Numbered from the stretch's first letter, positions 35,365 through 45,611 are shown. The stretch is 64,000 nt of DNA from Baaleninema sp. (GCF_049974805.1 NZ_JBNGCO010000001.1:23502-87501); one strand, 5' to 3'. Notes: generated by a model from the sequence alone, not told the origin. Program-made: numbers and translations.

Positions 35365-37785
35365 CTAGCGCCAATGTCCCACCAAAACGAACGGCGCCCA
35401 AAAATGGGGACTGGAAAACCCCTCGCTGTGGAGTAAGTTGAGTTGTGCTTGTCGTAAGGCTTCGGCTTTGTTGGGGCGGTTCTGTTGGCTGAGATGGCGT
35501 AGCGATCGATAAAACTGCGCCATCAGTCGCGCGGTGGAGCGATCGTTGACGTGCCACAAACTGCCGAGGGTACTGCGGGCGCCGGCGCGAATCCCCATTC
35601 CGGCTAAGCCTAAGACGGTGCGATCGCTCCCTTCGGCGGTTTGACAAGCACTCAACACCAACAGTTCTAACGGCGTTCTCGGACGAGCGCCGTTTCCTTG
35701 CAACATCTGCGCCAGTCGATCGAGGGTTAGGGGACGATCCCAAGCCAGGACGAAGGTATTTTCGGCGAAGGCGTCGAATTGGGCGTGCGTGGCGATGTGA
35801 ACGGCACTGAAACGGTGAGAGTTGAGAGCAGATGCGAGGCGGTGGCTGAGAAATTCCTCGTCAAACAGGGTTTCGCTGGACACTAAGGATTCGATCGCCT
35901 CCAGTTCGTCGCCGACGTAGGGTAAATCTGACCAGGTGGTGCGATCGAGTTGGGGGAACTGTTTCCAATCAGTTTGGCTGAAACTGGCGCGTCCAGCGGC
36001 TAACAGCTTCGACTGGGGAAACTCCCGCGACGCCCACGGCGGCAGTTTCCAACTGGGGGCGATGGCGATGGCGTAGCGTTCGATTAAGTAGCGATCGCCA
36101 TCGTACAACGCCGCAACAGGGATATTTCGTAAAGGTCCATCGAGAACGAAGGCGACCGTGGTGCCGTCTCGGGCGTTTAAATCCTCCTCGAGGGGGCGAA
36201 ACAGGAAATCGTAAGCCTGTTCGAGGACGGGTTGCCAGTTGAAATTTTGTGCGAGAGCTTGATAGGTGATGTTGGCGAAAGTTTCGAGATTGGGGTCGGG
36301 AAGGGGCGATCGATAGTGGCGTAACGGTTGGTGGGGAACTGAGACGATGGCGTGCAAGCCGTCGGGGAGGACGATGGTATAAACGGCGTTGATATTTGGG
36401 TCGAGGTCTTGCAGCGGGCGTTCTGCGGCTTCGATGCAGGCGTCGCCGAAAAAGTTATCCAGTTCCGCCAGTTGCAGGGCTTCGATGGCATCTCGCGCCT
36501 GGGTCAGTTCCTCGGGGGTGGGGGAGGGTTCGGACAACAGCAACCCCACCCATTCTCGATAGACGGGTTCGACTTCATCGCGAAAGTCGTATTGTACGTC
36601 TGGGTTGAGGGCAGCGAGATCGCGACGCAGGGCTTGTAGGGTTTCGATCGATCCCCGATACGCCTCTAACGCCGCTGTTCGATCGCCGCCTCGGTAGGAC
36701 AACCGCCCCAGTTGCCATTGCCAGCGATAACTCACGCTGGGGGCGTTGATGGCGTAGGACAGTGCCAAGGCTTCTCGGGTTAGGCGTCGGGCGTCCTCGA
36801 ACCGTCCGGCGATTTCGTAGAGTTCCCCCAACTGTCCCAAGGCGTAGGCTTCTCCCCAGCGATCGCCGAGACTTCGGGCTTGATTGGCGGCGTGGCTGAT
36901 GATTTCCGCGAGGTCGGTGAAGGAAACGGGGTCGATCGTCGGTGAAGGGGGGCGACAGTGGCGCACGACGGGCGCCACGTAACTGAGGGGGCGCGGGCTA
37001 TCCTCAGCGGCCAGTTTCAGACAGGTGAGGCTGTGGGCGAAGTTCAATTGTTCGGTGATGCTGTCGCGACTCGGCGGTTGGGCGGCGAGGCTTTGGGAGA
37101 TCGATCGCTGTAACGGCCGCAAGTCGTCACGACTGTGAGTCTCGGCGGCTAAACTCAATAGGTTCAGTTGCGTTCGCCGTCGTACCGTTTCCGAGGTGGA
37201 AATCTCCAAGGCTTGGCGGTAAAAACGGGCGGCGGTGTCGTGGGCGGGAACCGTCGATCGACCGTAACCGCGATACCGTTGGGCGATGGTGCGATGGAGG
37301 TTTCCCAAACTCACGAAGATGTCGGCGATCGATGGATTTTCTAACTGTTGCGAGTTTAGCTGTTGCGAGAGGGTCAACGCCGTATGTAAAACGGGTTCGG
37401 CGGCGCGAACCGCTCCCAATTCAGTTAAAACTTCCCCGAATTGCTGTAGCCACCGGATACGTTCTTCCGTGACGGGAACGGTTTCTAAGTCGTTGAGTCG
37501 ATGGAGTTGTCGATCGCTGACGATGGCCTGAAGGCTTTCCCGGGACAATCCCAGAACTTCCCCGAGTCGAAACGCCGCCTGTCGGTATCGGCCGTCTCGT
37601 CGCAGCGATCGAACCTCTTGTAACAGGTCGAATCGCACCGGTTCTTGAGGTAACGCTTCCCAGGTTTCGATCGCCGTTACCGGATCGATCGAACCCCCGT
37701 AAATCGCCACGGACAACCACAACGCCACCGCGAACCACAGCACCCAAACCCACCTGCGACGCTGTTTCATCAAATTTCGCGACAA
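35365..37785 (-). CDS. CHAT-domain (caspase-like) protease with N-terminal signal/TM anchor and TPR-like repeats
   Basis: 806-aa ORF. N-terminus RRRWVWVLWFAVALWLSVAIYG. Helical repeat region. C-terminal CHAT with His in AVHIATHAQF and Cys in LVLSACQTAEG. Confidence 0.9.
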   Translation of the reverse strand: MSRNLMKQRRRWVWVLWFAVALWLSVAIYGGSIDPVTAIETWEALPQEPVRFDLLQEVRSLRRDGRYRQAAFRLGEVLGLSRESLQAIVSDRQLHRLNDLETVPVTEERIRWLQQFGEVLTELGAVRAAEPVLHTALTLSQQLNSQQLENPSIADIFVSLGNLHRTIAQRYRGYGRSTVPAHDTAARFYRQALEISTSETVRRRTQLNLLSLAAETHSRDDLRPLQRSISQSLAAQPPSRDSITEQLNFAHSLTCLKLAAEDSPRPLSYVAPVVRHCRPPSPTIDPVSFTDLAEIISHAANQARSLGDRWGEAYALGQLGELYEIAGRFEDARRLTREALALSYAINAPSVSYRWQWQLGRLSYRGGDRTAALEAYRGSIETLQALRRDLAALNPDVQYDFRDEVEPVYREWVGLLLSEPSPTPEELTQARDAIEALQLAELDNFFGDACIEAAERPLQDLDPNINAVYTIVLPDGLHAIVSVPHQPLRHYRSPLPDPNLETFANITYQALAQNFNWQPVLEQAYDFLFRPLEEDLNARDGTTVAFVLDGPLRNIPVAALYDGDRYLIERYAIAIAPSWKLPPWASREFPQSKLLAAGRASFSQTDWKQFPQLDRTTWSDLPYVGDELEAIESLVSSETLFDEEFLSHRLASALNSHRFSAVHIATHAQFDAFAENTFVLAWDRPLTLDRLAQMLQGNGARPRTPLELLVLSACQTAEGSDRTVLGLAGMGIRAGARSTLGSLWHVNDRSTARLMAQFYRSLRHLSQQNRPNKAEALRQAQLNLLHSEGFSSPHFWAPFVLVGHWR

Positions 37786-37867
37786 AATCCGTAGAAGAGG
37801 CTTCTAGCCCGTGGAAACCCCTTAAAAACTCACGTTCTCACCGAACGCGACTTTGAATCACCTCCTC

Positions 37868-37905
37868 GATTTCACCAACCTGATTTCACCAACCTGATTT
37901 CACCA
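37868..37905. repeat. Tandem 14-mer (gatttcaccaacct x2.7) abutting and overlapping the DUF427 stop codon
   Basis: Read directly: gatttcaccaacct gatttcaccaacct gatttcacca. The last unit contains the TGA (tca on the plus strand) of the gene. Confidence 0.8.
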
Positions 37906-38403
37906 TCCCCAGGTTCCCGGTTCTCCTTTAAAAGGTCCGACGATATCCTTCGTAATCCAACCCCCGTAAAAATCTCCCGCTTGGGCTTGCACCCGTTCGT
38001 CATCGACGTAACAAGCCTCCATGCGACTCGGATAAAACGCCACGTATCCCCGTAAACTGGCAAAAGCTGGCGTGGGGTTGGCATAAAACCAAGCGGCGTT
38101 TTCAGCGGTTTTATCTCCCACTTTGACCGTGTAATATCCCGCCGACCCTTTCCACTCGCAAAAGGAGGCGCGGGCGGTTTTGACGAGATACTCAGTTTTA
38201 ATATCTTCCGGGGGAATGTAGTAAACCGGAGGATGGCTGGTTTCGAGGACGCGCTTAGCCTGTTGGGTGTCGGTGAGGGTTTCGCCGTTGAAGACGACGC
38301 GAATGCGTTTGGAGGAGTCTTCAAGTCGCGGCGGACGGGGATAGTCCCAAACGGATTCTTGACCCGCGCCGGGTTCGATGCGTTGCGGCGGTTTTCTGAA
38401 CAT
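37900..38403 (-). CDS. DUF427 domain protein
   Basis: 167-aa ORF. Characteristic VLETSHPPVYYIPPEDI and FCEWKGSAGYY motifs. Confidence 0.85.
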   Translation of the reverse strand: MFRKPPQRIEPGAGQESVWDYPRPPRLEDSSKRIRVVFNGETLTDTQQAKRVLETSHPPVYYIPPEDIKTEYLVKTARASFCEWKGSAGYYTVKVGDKTAENAAWFYANPTPAFASLRGYVAFYPSRMEACYVDDERVQAQAGDFYGGWITKDIVGPFKGEPGTWGW

Positions 38404-38546
38404 AACGGTAGAAATATCGAGCGATCGCGATCGAACTGCTATTCCGTGATTCCGGAAATTTTACAGCGATCGCCTGTTCAAATATTGTACGGTTGCGAAC
38501 CTTGAAGAGGGTGCAAAATACTGATTCGATTCGATCGTAAAAGATT

Positions 38547-39011
38547 TCAGGCGATGGTTGTCAAGCCCTCGAGATAGTCTTTCAGTTGACGTTCGTGGTC
38601 GTGACAGAGATTGTCGAACGGTAACGCCTCGAGGGGAAACGATCGCACGTCGAGAATTTCGTGAGTATCTCGGGCGCCGAGTTTCCCGTCTGCTTCCACT
38701 TCCAATAAAATCGAAATCGAATGAATGCGCGGGTCGCGATCGGGATGGGAATACACCCCCACCAACCGACACAACCGCCGCAAGTCCAGACCCGTTTCCT
38801 CCCGTAATTCCCGTTTGGCGGCGTGGGGAATATCTTCCCCCCAGTCGATAATCCCGCCGGGAAGTCCCCACTCTTTCGTATCCCGTCGCAGGATTAACAC
38901 GATTTCACCGTTGGGAAGCAGCGGAATTAACGTGGTTCCGGTAATCGGATGCCGGAAAATCACGCCTAACACGGTTTTGACGTACTGCCAAATTCGCCCG
39001 ATCGTACTCAT
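38547..39011 (-). CDS. NUDIX hydrolase
   Basis: 154-aa ORF. Nudix box GGIIDWGEDIPHAAKRELREETGL. Confidence 0.9.
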   Translation of the reverse strand: MSTIGRIWQYVKTVLGVIFRHPITGTTLIPLLPNGEIVLILRRDTKEWGLPGGIIDWGEDIPHAAKRELREETGLDLRRLCRLVGVYSHPDRDPRIHSISILLEVEADGKLGARDTHEILDVRSFPLEALPFDNLCHDHERQLKDYLEGLTTIA

Positions 39012-39182
39012 GGGTATATATTTTTACGAAGATTGAGTGGAAGATTTCCAACCCAGAGGTTGTATTCTTTTAGCGGAATTGAAAAAGTATTAAAGTTTGA
39101 ATATAGCACGGTTGATTCAAACCGACCGGAATTTCTGGTAATTCAAAAACCGCGAACGATAGGTTTATTTGAGCAAACTGAT

Positions 39183-39264
39183 TTTAAATCATTAATTCAA
39201 ATCAAGTTTTAAATCATTAATTCAAATCAAGTTTTAAATCAAGTTTTAAATCAAGTTTTAAACC
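39183..39264. repeat. Nested AT-rich tandem repeat (25-mer x2, then 12-mer x2.6)
   Basis: ttttaaatcattaattcaaatcaag x2, then ttttaaatcaag x2, then ttttaaac. Confidence 0.85.
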
Positions 39265-39349
39265 TCGGGTTCGATCGCCATTCCATCGGATCGATTAGAT
39301 CCCCGGCATATTGGAGATGCCGGGGATATGACGGGAGCCAACCCAACCG

Positions 39350-40357
39350 CTACGGAATTCGTTGTAACAACTGCTGCGTAGTATTCGCCCACTGAAGTAA
39401 ACCCTGTTGTGAGTATAACTGTCGCGCGTATTCCAACACTTCCCGAGCGCGATCGAACTGCTGACGTTCCAAAAACACCAACCCCGCACCGTAATAGGCG
39501 TTCGGATATTGAGGGTTGGCATCTCTGGCACGACGAAACGCATTTAAAGCATCTTCCAAATCCCCATCCGCAAAGAAAATCGATCCCAATTGATAGTGCG
39601 CTTCGGCATAATTTGGATTGAGTTCGATCGCCCGTTGCAATTCCGACCGCGCCCGTCTCAACCGTCCCTGTTGCGTATACAAAACCCCCAAATAATAGGA
39701 CGGTTCGGCAGCATTTTCACTGTAGCGTTTGGCCTGACGAAATCTCTCGATCGCCTCCTCCACGTTCCCTTGTTGGAAACGAACCAAACCCAAATTATAG
39801 TAAGCCAAACCCAACTGCGGATCGAGTTCGATCGCCCGTTCCAAATACTGAGTCGCCCGTTCCAAATTATTAGCTTCCAGCAACACCGCCCCCAAATTCC
39901 CGTAAGCCAACGCAAACCCCGGATCGGTTTCCGTCGCGCGATAAAACGCATCGGCGGCGGCTTGAAACTGTCCCGTCTGACGCAACGCCAACCCTAAATT
40001 ATAGTATGCCGGAGAAAACTGCGGGTCGATGGCGATGGCCGACTCGAAGGCGGCGATGGCTTGTTGCAACTGTCCCTGCTGCACGTATTGCAACCCTTGA
40101 TTTAACTGAGGTTCCGCTGGAGAGCGTACCGGAACTTGCTGCGCCGCCGTCGGCGGTACGACGAGGTTTCCGCCGACAGTTCCCAGCCATAGCAACGCCC
40201 CCATTGCGACGCTCAAACCTTTCATATAAGAGAGTTTTGGAATTAACAAGACAGACACGACAGGAGTCGATCGCATCGATTGTAACTTTCCTATCTCGGC
40301 TTTTGGGGAACGTCCTCGGACCAAACGCCAAAAAAACGCCCGTACTGAAACCAGCAC
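39350..40357 (-). CDS. TPR-repeat protein with signal peptide
   Basis: Seven or more 34-aa TPR units (AIAIDPQFSPAYYNLGLAL, AIELDPQLGLAYYNLGLV, AIELNPNYAEAHYQLGSI...). The true start is probably an internal Met (MKGLSVAMGALLWLGTV). Confidence 0.85.
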   Translation of the reverse strand: MLVSVRAFFWRLVRGRSPKAEIGKLQSMRSTPVVSVLLIPKLSYMKGLSVAMGALLWLGTVGGNLVVPPTAAQQVPVRSPAEPQLNQGLQYVQQGQLQQAIAAFESAIAIDPQFSPAYYNLGLALRQTGQFQAAADAFYRATETDPGFALAYGNLGAVLLEANNLERATQYLERAIELDPQLGLAYYNLGLVRFQQGNVEEAIERFRQAKRYSENAAEPSYYLGVLYTQQGRLRRARSELQRAIELNPNYAEAHYQLGSIFFADGDLEDALNAFRRARDANPQYPNAYYGAGLVFLERQQFDRAREVLEYARQLYSQQGLLQWANTTQQLLQRIP

Positions 40358-40440
40358 AGGCGTATTGTCCGTTGGGAGGCGGACGCCAAAGAAACGTCCG
40401 TTACGTGGCTGAAAATTCCAACCCAGAAAATCTCAAAGAA

Positions 40441-41466
40441 TTAGCGAGAAATCACCTGTTCGGGGTCGTAATCCGGCTCGTGAGACGTGACCGCCTTCAT
40501 GTACTGCGCCCGTTCGTAAGCGGACTTATCGGGACAGTGCATCTGGCTCATACTTCCCTGCATCTGCTGAATGGACTCGTACTCGTTTTCGTCCATCCAA
40601 TGCTGGATTTCCCGTTCCAGGGTGCGAATGTACCCGACACCGTGGCGCAACAACACCGAACAAATCTGAGTAATCTTCGCCCCCGCCATCATCATTTTAA
40701 TAACGTCGGTTCCCCGTTGAATGCCGCTGGTGGCGGCCAAATCCGCTTGAATTTGACCGTACAGCAGCGCAATCCAGCGCATGGGAAGCCGCATTTCGTG
40801 AGGCGTACTCAGCAAAACGTGGGGATAAACTTCCAGGTTGTCCAAATCGATGTCCGGTTGGTAGAAACGGTTGAACAACACCAACCCTTTCGCCCCCGCG
40901 TCGTCGAGGCGTTGCGCCATGTTGGCGAAGTTGCTGAAAAAGGGACTGAGTTTCAACGACACGGGAAGGGAAACTTCCGCTTCGACGTCCCGCAGGGTGT
41001 CGATATAGTTGCGTTCGACCTGTTCCCCCGTCATGTTGGGGTCCGTGGGAACGTAGTAAATGTTGAGTTCGATCGCATCTGCCCCCGCTTCCTGCATCAG
41101 TTGGGCGTATTCGACCCAACCGCCGGAGGAAAAGCCGTTCAAACTGGCGATGATAGGAATGTCAACGCTGGCTTTGGCTTGGCGGATATGTTCGAGGTAC
41201 AGTTCCGGCCCCACGTGGTACTCGTCCGGTTCGGGAAAGTACGTCAGGGCTTCGGCGAAACTCTCAGTTCCGTATTGCAAGTGGTGGTGTAACTCGAATT
41301 TTTCCCGCAGAAGCTGTTCTTCAAACAACGAGTGCAACACCACCGCCGCCGCACCGGAGTCTTCCATGCGTTTAATGTTGTCGATGTCTTCCGTGAGGGG
41401 GGCGGCTGCGGAGGGAACCAAGGGAGATTTGAGGTTCAGTCCCAGGTAAGTCGTGGTTAAGTCCAT
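40441..41466 (-). CDS. Dihydroorotate dehydrogenase-like protein (class 1 DHOD/TIM-barrel flavoprotein family)
   Basis: 341-aa ORF. N-terminus MDLTTTYLGLNLKSPLVPSA and TIM-barrel pattern typical of the DHOD-like proteins found beside PFOR genes. Confidence 0.85.
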   Translation of the reverse strand: MDLTTTYLGLNLKSPLVPSAAAPLTEDIDNIKRMEDSGAAAVVLHSLFEEQLLREKFELHHHLQYGTESFAEALTYFPEPDEYHVGPELYLEHIRQAKASVDIPIIASLNGFSSGGWVEYAQLMQEAGADAIELNIYYVPTDPNMTGEQVERNYIDTLRDVEAEVSLPVSLKLSPFFSNFANMAQRLDDAGAKGLVLFNRFYQPDIDLDNLEVYPHVLLSTPHEMRLPMRWIALLYGQIQADLAATSGIQRGTDVIKMMMAGAKITQICSVLLRHGVGYIRTLEREIQHWMDENEYESIQQMQGSMSQMHCPDKSAYERAQYMKAVTSHEPDYDPEQVISR

Positions 41467-41498
41467 AGTCCTTCTCTCTGTTTACTCGATCGCCGTCA

Positions 41499-41599
41499 GG
41501 GGTGAGGTGAGGTGATGAGGCGGTGAAGTGATGAGGAAGTGAAGTGATTTCTCATCATCCCATCATCTGGTCATCCCATCATCTCCCCACCTCCTCACC
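41499..41599. repeat. Imperfect long inverted array of GGTGA(G/T)G repeats and their complement between nifJ and the DHOD-like gene
   Basis: ggtgaggtgaggtgatgaggcggtgaagtgatgaggaagtgaagtga ... ctcatcatcccatcatctggtcatcccatcatctccccacctcctcacc. Confidence 0.7.
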
Positions 41600-41605
41600 G
41601 GGAAA

Positions 41606-44600
41606 CTACGCTTTCACCGAGGGCGGTTGCGTTTCGTCCGAGGCCGCCGCGTCTTCTTGGCTGTGTCCGTTGTGACCCTGGCCGTTGCCTTTGACCTTGC
41701 CATCGTCCACGGGACGGGCGGCGAGATATTGATACATCTGCCAGCGGGTATCCACGTCGGCTTGGGCTTCTTGTAACAACCGCTTCGCGTCTTGGGGTTT
41801 GGTTTTGGTGAGCATCTTGAAGCGGTTTTCGGCGTACATGGAATCCCGTACCCCTTTCTTGGGCGATCGCGAATCGATGTGTAAGGGGTTCTTGCCTTCG
41901 GCTTTCAAGTCGGGGTTGTAGCGATACAACAACCAACGTCCGCTTTCGACCAGGGCTTTTTGGTGGCTCATCGCGGTGGTCATGTTGATGCCGTGGGCGA
42001 TGCAGTGACTGTAGGCGATGATGAGCGAAGGTCCGTCGTAGGCTTCGGCTTCGAGGAAGGCTTTCAGGGTATGTTCGTCCCGCGCCCCCATAGCCACGGA
42101 GGCCACGTAGACGTTGCCGTAGGTCATGGCAATTAAGCCCAGGTCTTTCTTGGGTGCGGGTTTGCCCCCGGCGGCGAATTTGGCGACGGCACCGCGCGGC
42201 GTGGCTTTGGAAGACTGTCCGCCGGTGTTGGAGTAGACTTCGGTGTCCATCACCAAGATGTTGACGTTGCGTCCGCTGGCAATCACGTGGTCGAGTCCGC
42301 CGAAGCCGATGTCGTAAGCCCAACCGTCACCGCCGACAATCCAAACGTCTTTTTTGACCAGGTAATCAGCTAGAGAACGCAGTTGTTTGGCGTCGGGACT
42401 GTCGATGTTTTCGAGGGCTTGTTTCAACTGCTGGACGTATTCCCGCTGTTCCCAAATGTCGGCTTCGGATTTTTGCGGGTTGTCGAGGATGTTTTGAACT
42501 AGGTTGTCCCCGATTTGTCCGGCCAGTTTTTGCAGTAGTTCGCTGGCGAAGGCGGTATGTTTGTCGAGGGACATTCGGAAGCCGAAGCCAAATTCGGCGT
42601 TGTCTTCAAAGAGGCTGTTCGACCAAGCCGGTCCCCGTCCGTCGGCGTTTTGCGCCCAGGGGGTGGTGGGGAGGTTGCCGCCGTAGATGGAGGAACATCC
42701 GGTGGCGTTGGCGATGACGCTGCGATCGCCGAACAGTTGGGAGATGAGTTTGAGGTACGGGGTTTCGCCGCATCCGGCGCAGGCTCCGGAGAACTCAAAC
42801 AGGGGTTCTTGCCATTGTTGTTGGCGAATGCGATCGAGGTGCAAATGACGGCGATCGGGATTCGGCAATTCCATGAAGAAATCCCAGTTTTCCCGTTCCG
42901 GTTCCCGCAACGGCAGTTGCGATTCCATGTTGATGGCTTTCTTCGAGGGCATGGATTTGTTTTTGGCGGGGCAAACGTCCACGCACACGCCGCATCCGGT
43001 GCAGTCTTCGGGTGAAACTTGGATGGTGAATTTCTGGCCGCCGAAGTTGGGGTCTTTGTCTTTCAAGTCGGTGAACTTGAAGGTACTGGGCGCGTTGGCT
43101 AACTCGCCTTCGTCGTAGGCTTTGGCGCGAATGACGGCGTGGGGGCAAACCATGACGCATTTACCGCACTGCACGCAAACGTCGGGGTCCCACACGGGGA
43201 TTTCTTGGGCGACGTTGCGTTTTTCCCATTTGGAGGTTCCGGTGGGATAGGTTCCGTCGCAGGGGAGGGCGCTGACGGGCAGTTCGTCCCCTTGTCGGGC
43301 CAGCATTTTGCCTTCGATGTCGCGCACGAAGTCGGGGGCGGCGTCGGGAATCGGCGGGCGCATCCGAACGGTGGAGTTGGCTTGGCCGACGTTGACTTCG
43401 TAAAGGTTGTCTAGGGTGGCGTCTACGGCGTTGAGGTTCATTTGGACGATTTCCCGTCCTTTTTTGCCGTAGGTTTTTTCGATGGCTTTTTTGATTTGGC
43501 CGATGGCTTCGTCCCGAGGCAAGACGCCGGAGAGGGCGAAGAAACAAGTCTGCATGACGGTGTTAATCCGTCCGCCCATGCCGTTTTCTCGCGCCACTTG
43601 ATAGGCGTTGATGACGTAGAACTTCAGGTTCTTGCGGACGATTTCTTCTTGGATTTCCAGCGGCAGCCGATCCCAGACTTCTTCGGGTCCGTAGGGGCTG
43701 TTGAGGAGGAACGTGGCGCCGGGGGCTGCGGCTTTGAGGACGTTAAGTTTTTCGAGGAACGTCCATTGGTGACAGCCGACGAAGTTGGCTTGGTCGATGA
43801 GGTAGGTCGATCGAATGCGATCGGGTCCGAAACGCAGGTGCGATACGGTGACGGCGCCGGATTTTTTGGAGTCGTAAACGAAGTACCCTTGGGCGTAGTT
43901 GTCGGTTTCGGAACCGATGATTTTGATGGAGTTTTTGTTGGCGCCTACGGTGCCGTCTGACCCTAAGCCGTAGAATACGGAACGGACGACGCTCTCGGGT
44001 TCGGTGCTGAAGTCGGGGTCGTATTCGATCGAGCTGTTCGTCAGGTCGTCGTGAATGCCGACGGTAAAGTGGTTTTTGGGCTTGTCTTGGGACAGGTTGT
44101 CGAAGACGCCCTTAACCATTGCGGGGCTGAATTCTTTGGAGGACAAGCCGTAACGTCCGCCGACGATTTTCGGCATTTCGCCTTTCCAGGCTTCGTTGAA
44201 GGCGGACACCACGTCGAGATAGAGGGGTTCGCCACTGGCGCCGGGTTCTTTGGTTCGATCGAGGACTGCGATTTTTTTGACGGTTTTGGGGAAGGACGCC
44301 AGGAGTTTTTCGACGTCCCAGGGGCGATACAACCGCACTTTCAACACGCCCACTTTTTCGCCCTGTTGGTTGAGATAGGCGACGGCTTCGTGGGCGGTTT
44401 CGCAGCCGGACCCCATCAACACCACGACGCGATCGGCATCGGGAGCGCCGTGATATTCGTAGATGTGATAGCGGCGCCCGGTGAGAGAGGCGAATTGGTC
44501 CATGGCCGCTTCCACCATACCCGGGCAGGCGCTATAGAAGGGGTTGACGCTTTCGCGGGCTTGGAAGAAGACGTCGGGGTTTTGGGCGGTTCCCCGCAAC

Positions 44601-45253
44601 ACGGGGCGATCGGGCGTCATGCCACGGGAACGATGGGCGTATACCCAATCGTCGTTTATCATCTCCCGCAATACCGATTCGTCGAGTTCTTCGATTTTTT
44701 GGATTTCGTGGGAGGTGCGGAACCCGTCGAAGAAGTGGATGAAGGGAACCCGCGATTCCATGGTCGCCACTTGGGAGATGAGGGCGAAATCGTGGGCTTC
44801 TTGCACCGACGCCGAACACATCAGGGCGAATCCGGTGGCGCGGGCTGCCATGACGTCGCTGTGATCGCCGAAAATGGAGAGGGCTTGGGCAGCAACGGAA
44901 CGCGCCGCCACGTGAATGACGGCGCTACTGAGTTCCCCGGCGATTTTGTAGAGGTTGGGAACCATCAACAGCAAGCCTTGGGATGCGGTGAAGGTGGTCG
45001 TCAGGGACCCGGTTTGTAGCGATCCGTGAACGGCCCCGGCTGCGCCGCCTTCGCTTTGCATTTCGACGACGGAGGGAACAGTACCCCACAGGTTCGGACG
45101 CCCTTCGGACATCCAAGCGTCCGCCCATTCGCCCATGGGAGAGGCGGGGGTGATGGGATAAATGGCGATAACTTCGTTGAGTCGGTAGGCAACGCGGGCA
45201 ACGGCTTCGTTTCCGTCTAGGGTGGCGTAGGTTTTGGCGTTCATCCTCTTCAA
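41606..45253 (-). CDS. nifJ: Pyruvate:ferredoxin (flavodoxin) oxidoreductase
   Basis: 1215-aa ORF. Two ferredoxin-type 4Fe-4S motifs (CVQCGKCVMVCP, CTGCGVCVDVCP), TPP-binding GGDGWAYDIG, and the canonical N-terminus TLDGNEAVARVAY. Confidence 0.97.
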   Translation of the reverse strand: MKRMNAKTYATLDGNEAVARVAYRLNEVIAIYPITPASPMGEWADAWMSEGRPNLWGTVPSVVEMQSEGGAAGAVHGSLQTGSLTTTFTASQGLLLMVPNLYKIAGELSSAVIHVAARSVAAQALSIFGDHSDVMAARATGFALMCSASVQEAHDFALISQVATMESRVPFIHFFDGFRTSHEIQKIEELDESVLREMINDDWVYAHRSRGMTPDRPVLRGTAQNPDVFFQARESVNPFYSACPGMVEAAMDQFASLTGRRYHIYEYHGAPDADRVVVLMGSGCETAHEAVAYLNQQGEKVGVLKVRLYRPWDVEKLLASFPKTVKKIAVLDRTKEPGASGEPLYLDVVSAFNEAWKGEMPKIVGGRYGLSSKEFSPAMVKGVFDNLSQDKPKNHFTVGIHDDLTNSSIEYDPDFSTEPESVVRSVFYGLGSDGTVGANKNSIKIIGSETDNYAQGYFVYDSKKSGAVTVSHLRFGPDRIRSTYLIDQANFVGCHQWTFLEKLNVLKAAAPGATFLLNSPYGPEEVWDRLPLEIQEEIVRKNLKFYVINAYQVARENGMGGRINTVMQTCFFALSGVLPRDEAIGQIKKAIEKTYGKKGREIVQMNLNAVDATLDNLYEVNVGQANSTVRMRPPIPDAAPDFVRDIEGKMLARQGDELPVSALPCDGTYPTGTSKWEKRNVAQEIPVWDPDVCVQCGKCVMVCPHAVIRAKAYDEGELANAPSTFKFTDLKDKDPNFGGQKFTIQVSPEDCTGCGVCVDVCPAKNKSMPSKKAINMESQLPLREPERENWDFFMELPNPDRRHLHLDRIRQQQWQEPLFEFSGACAGCGETPYLKLISQLFGDRSVIANATGCSSIYGGNLPTTPWAQNADGRGPAWSNSLFEDNAEFGFGFRMSLDKHTAFASELLQKLAGQIGDNLVQNILDNPQKSEADIWEQREYVQQLKQALENIDSPDAKQLRSLADYLVKKDVWIVGGDGWAYDIGFGGLDHVIASGRNVNILVMDTEVYSNTGGQSSKATPRGAVAKFAAGGKPAPKKDLGLIAMTYGNVYVASVAMGARDEHTLKAFLEAEAYDGPSLIIAYSHCIAHGINMTTAMSHQKALVESGRWLLYRYNPDLKAEGKNPLHIDSRSPKKGVRDSMYAENRFKMLTKTKPQDAKRLLQEAQADVDTRWQMYQYLAARPVDDGKVKGNGQGHNGHSQEDAAASDETQPPSVKA

Positions 45254-45611
45254 TCCTTTGCGAGCGGCTTAGAGGTTCGTGAGCGGGAGGGGAACGACGA
45301 AAAGGGTCGGTTCCACGATGGCAACTCCGCGAGGGGCGATCGAACTCCTCTTTGCACAAACCCAGGTTGAGACACCGTGGGAATTAGAAACTCCCGATTC
45401 GGCTCGAGTTCGTTGTTCGGTTTTTTGAACCTTTTAAACAACCTGCTAAAACAATGGTTGGGTTGCTTTAAGGAACGGCGATCGATCGGTAACTTTTCGG
45501 CGGTTCGACGTCGGTTTTCAACGTCACGATTTCGTTACAATCGAGCGATTAACGAACTCTATTTCGATTATGGAATAAATCTCGGTTTGCGGGAGGGGAT
45601 AGTTACGTTTT

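Noticed and set aside
40006-41292. 428-aa ORF on the plus strand
   Set aside because: It is entirely antisense to the well-supported DHOD-like gene. The translation is Arg/Pro/Gly/Val-rich with no recognisable motifs, which is a typical shadow ORF in GC-rich coding DNA.
44051-45019. 322-aa plus-strand ORF, and other long ORFs (41595-42323, 43442-43960, 44925-45359) overlapping nifJ
   Set aside because: All lie inside or antisense to the 1215-aa PFOR gene, whose reading frame is unambiguous. Their compositions are low-complexity (Gly/Arg/His-rich).
45254-45611. Possible NtcA or LexA-type sites upstream of nifJ and in the hypA/hypD divergent region (50062-50411)
   Set aside because: I found only partial palindromes (for example aatcgagcgatt and repeated gttaac). 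None matches GTA-N8-TAC or the cyanobacterial LexA box well enough to call.
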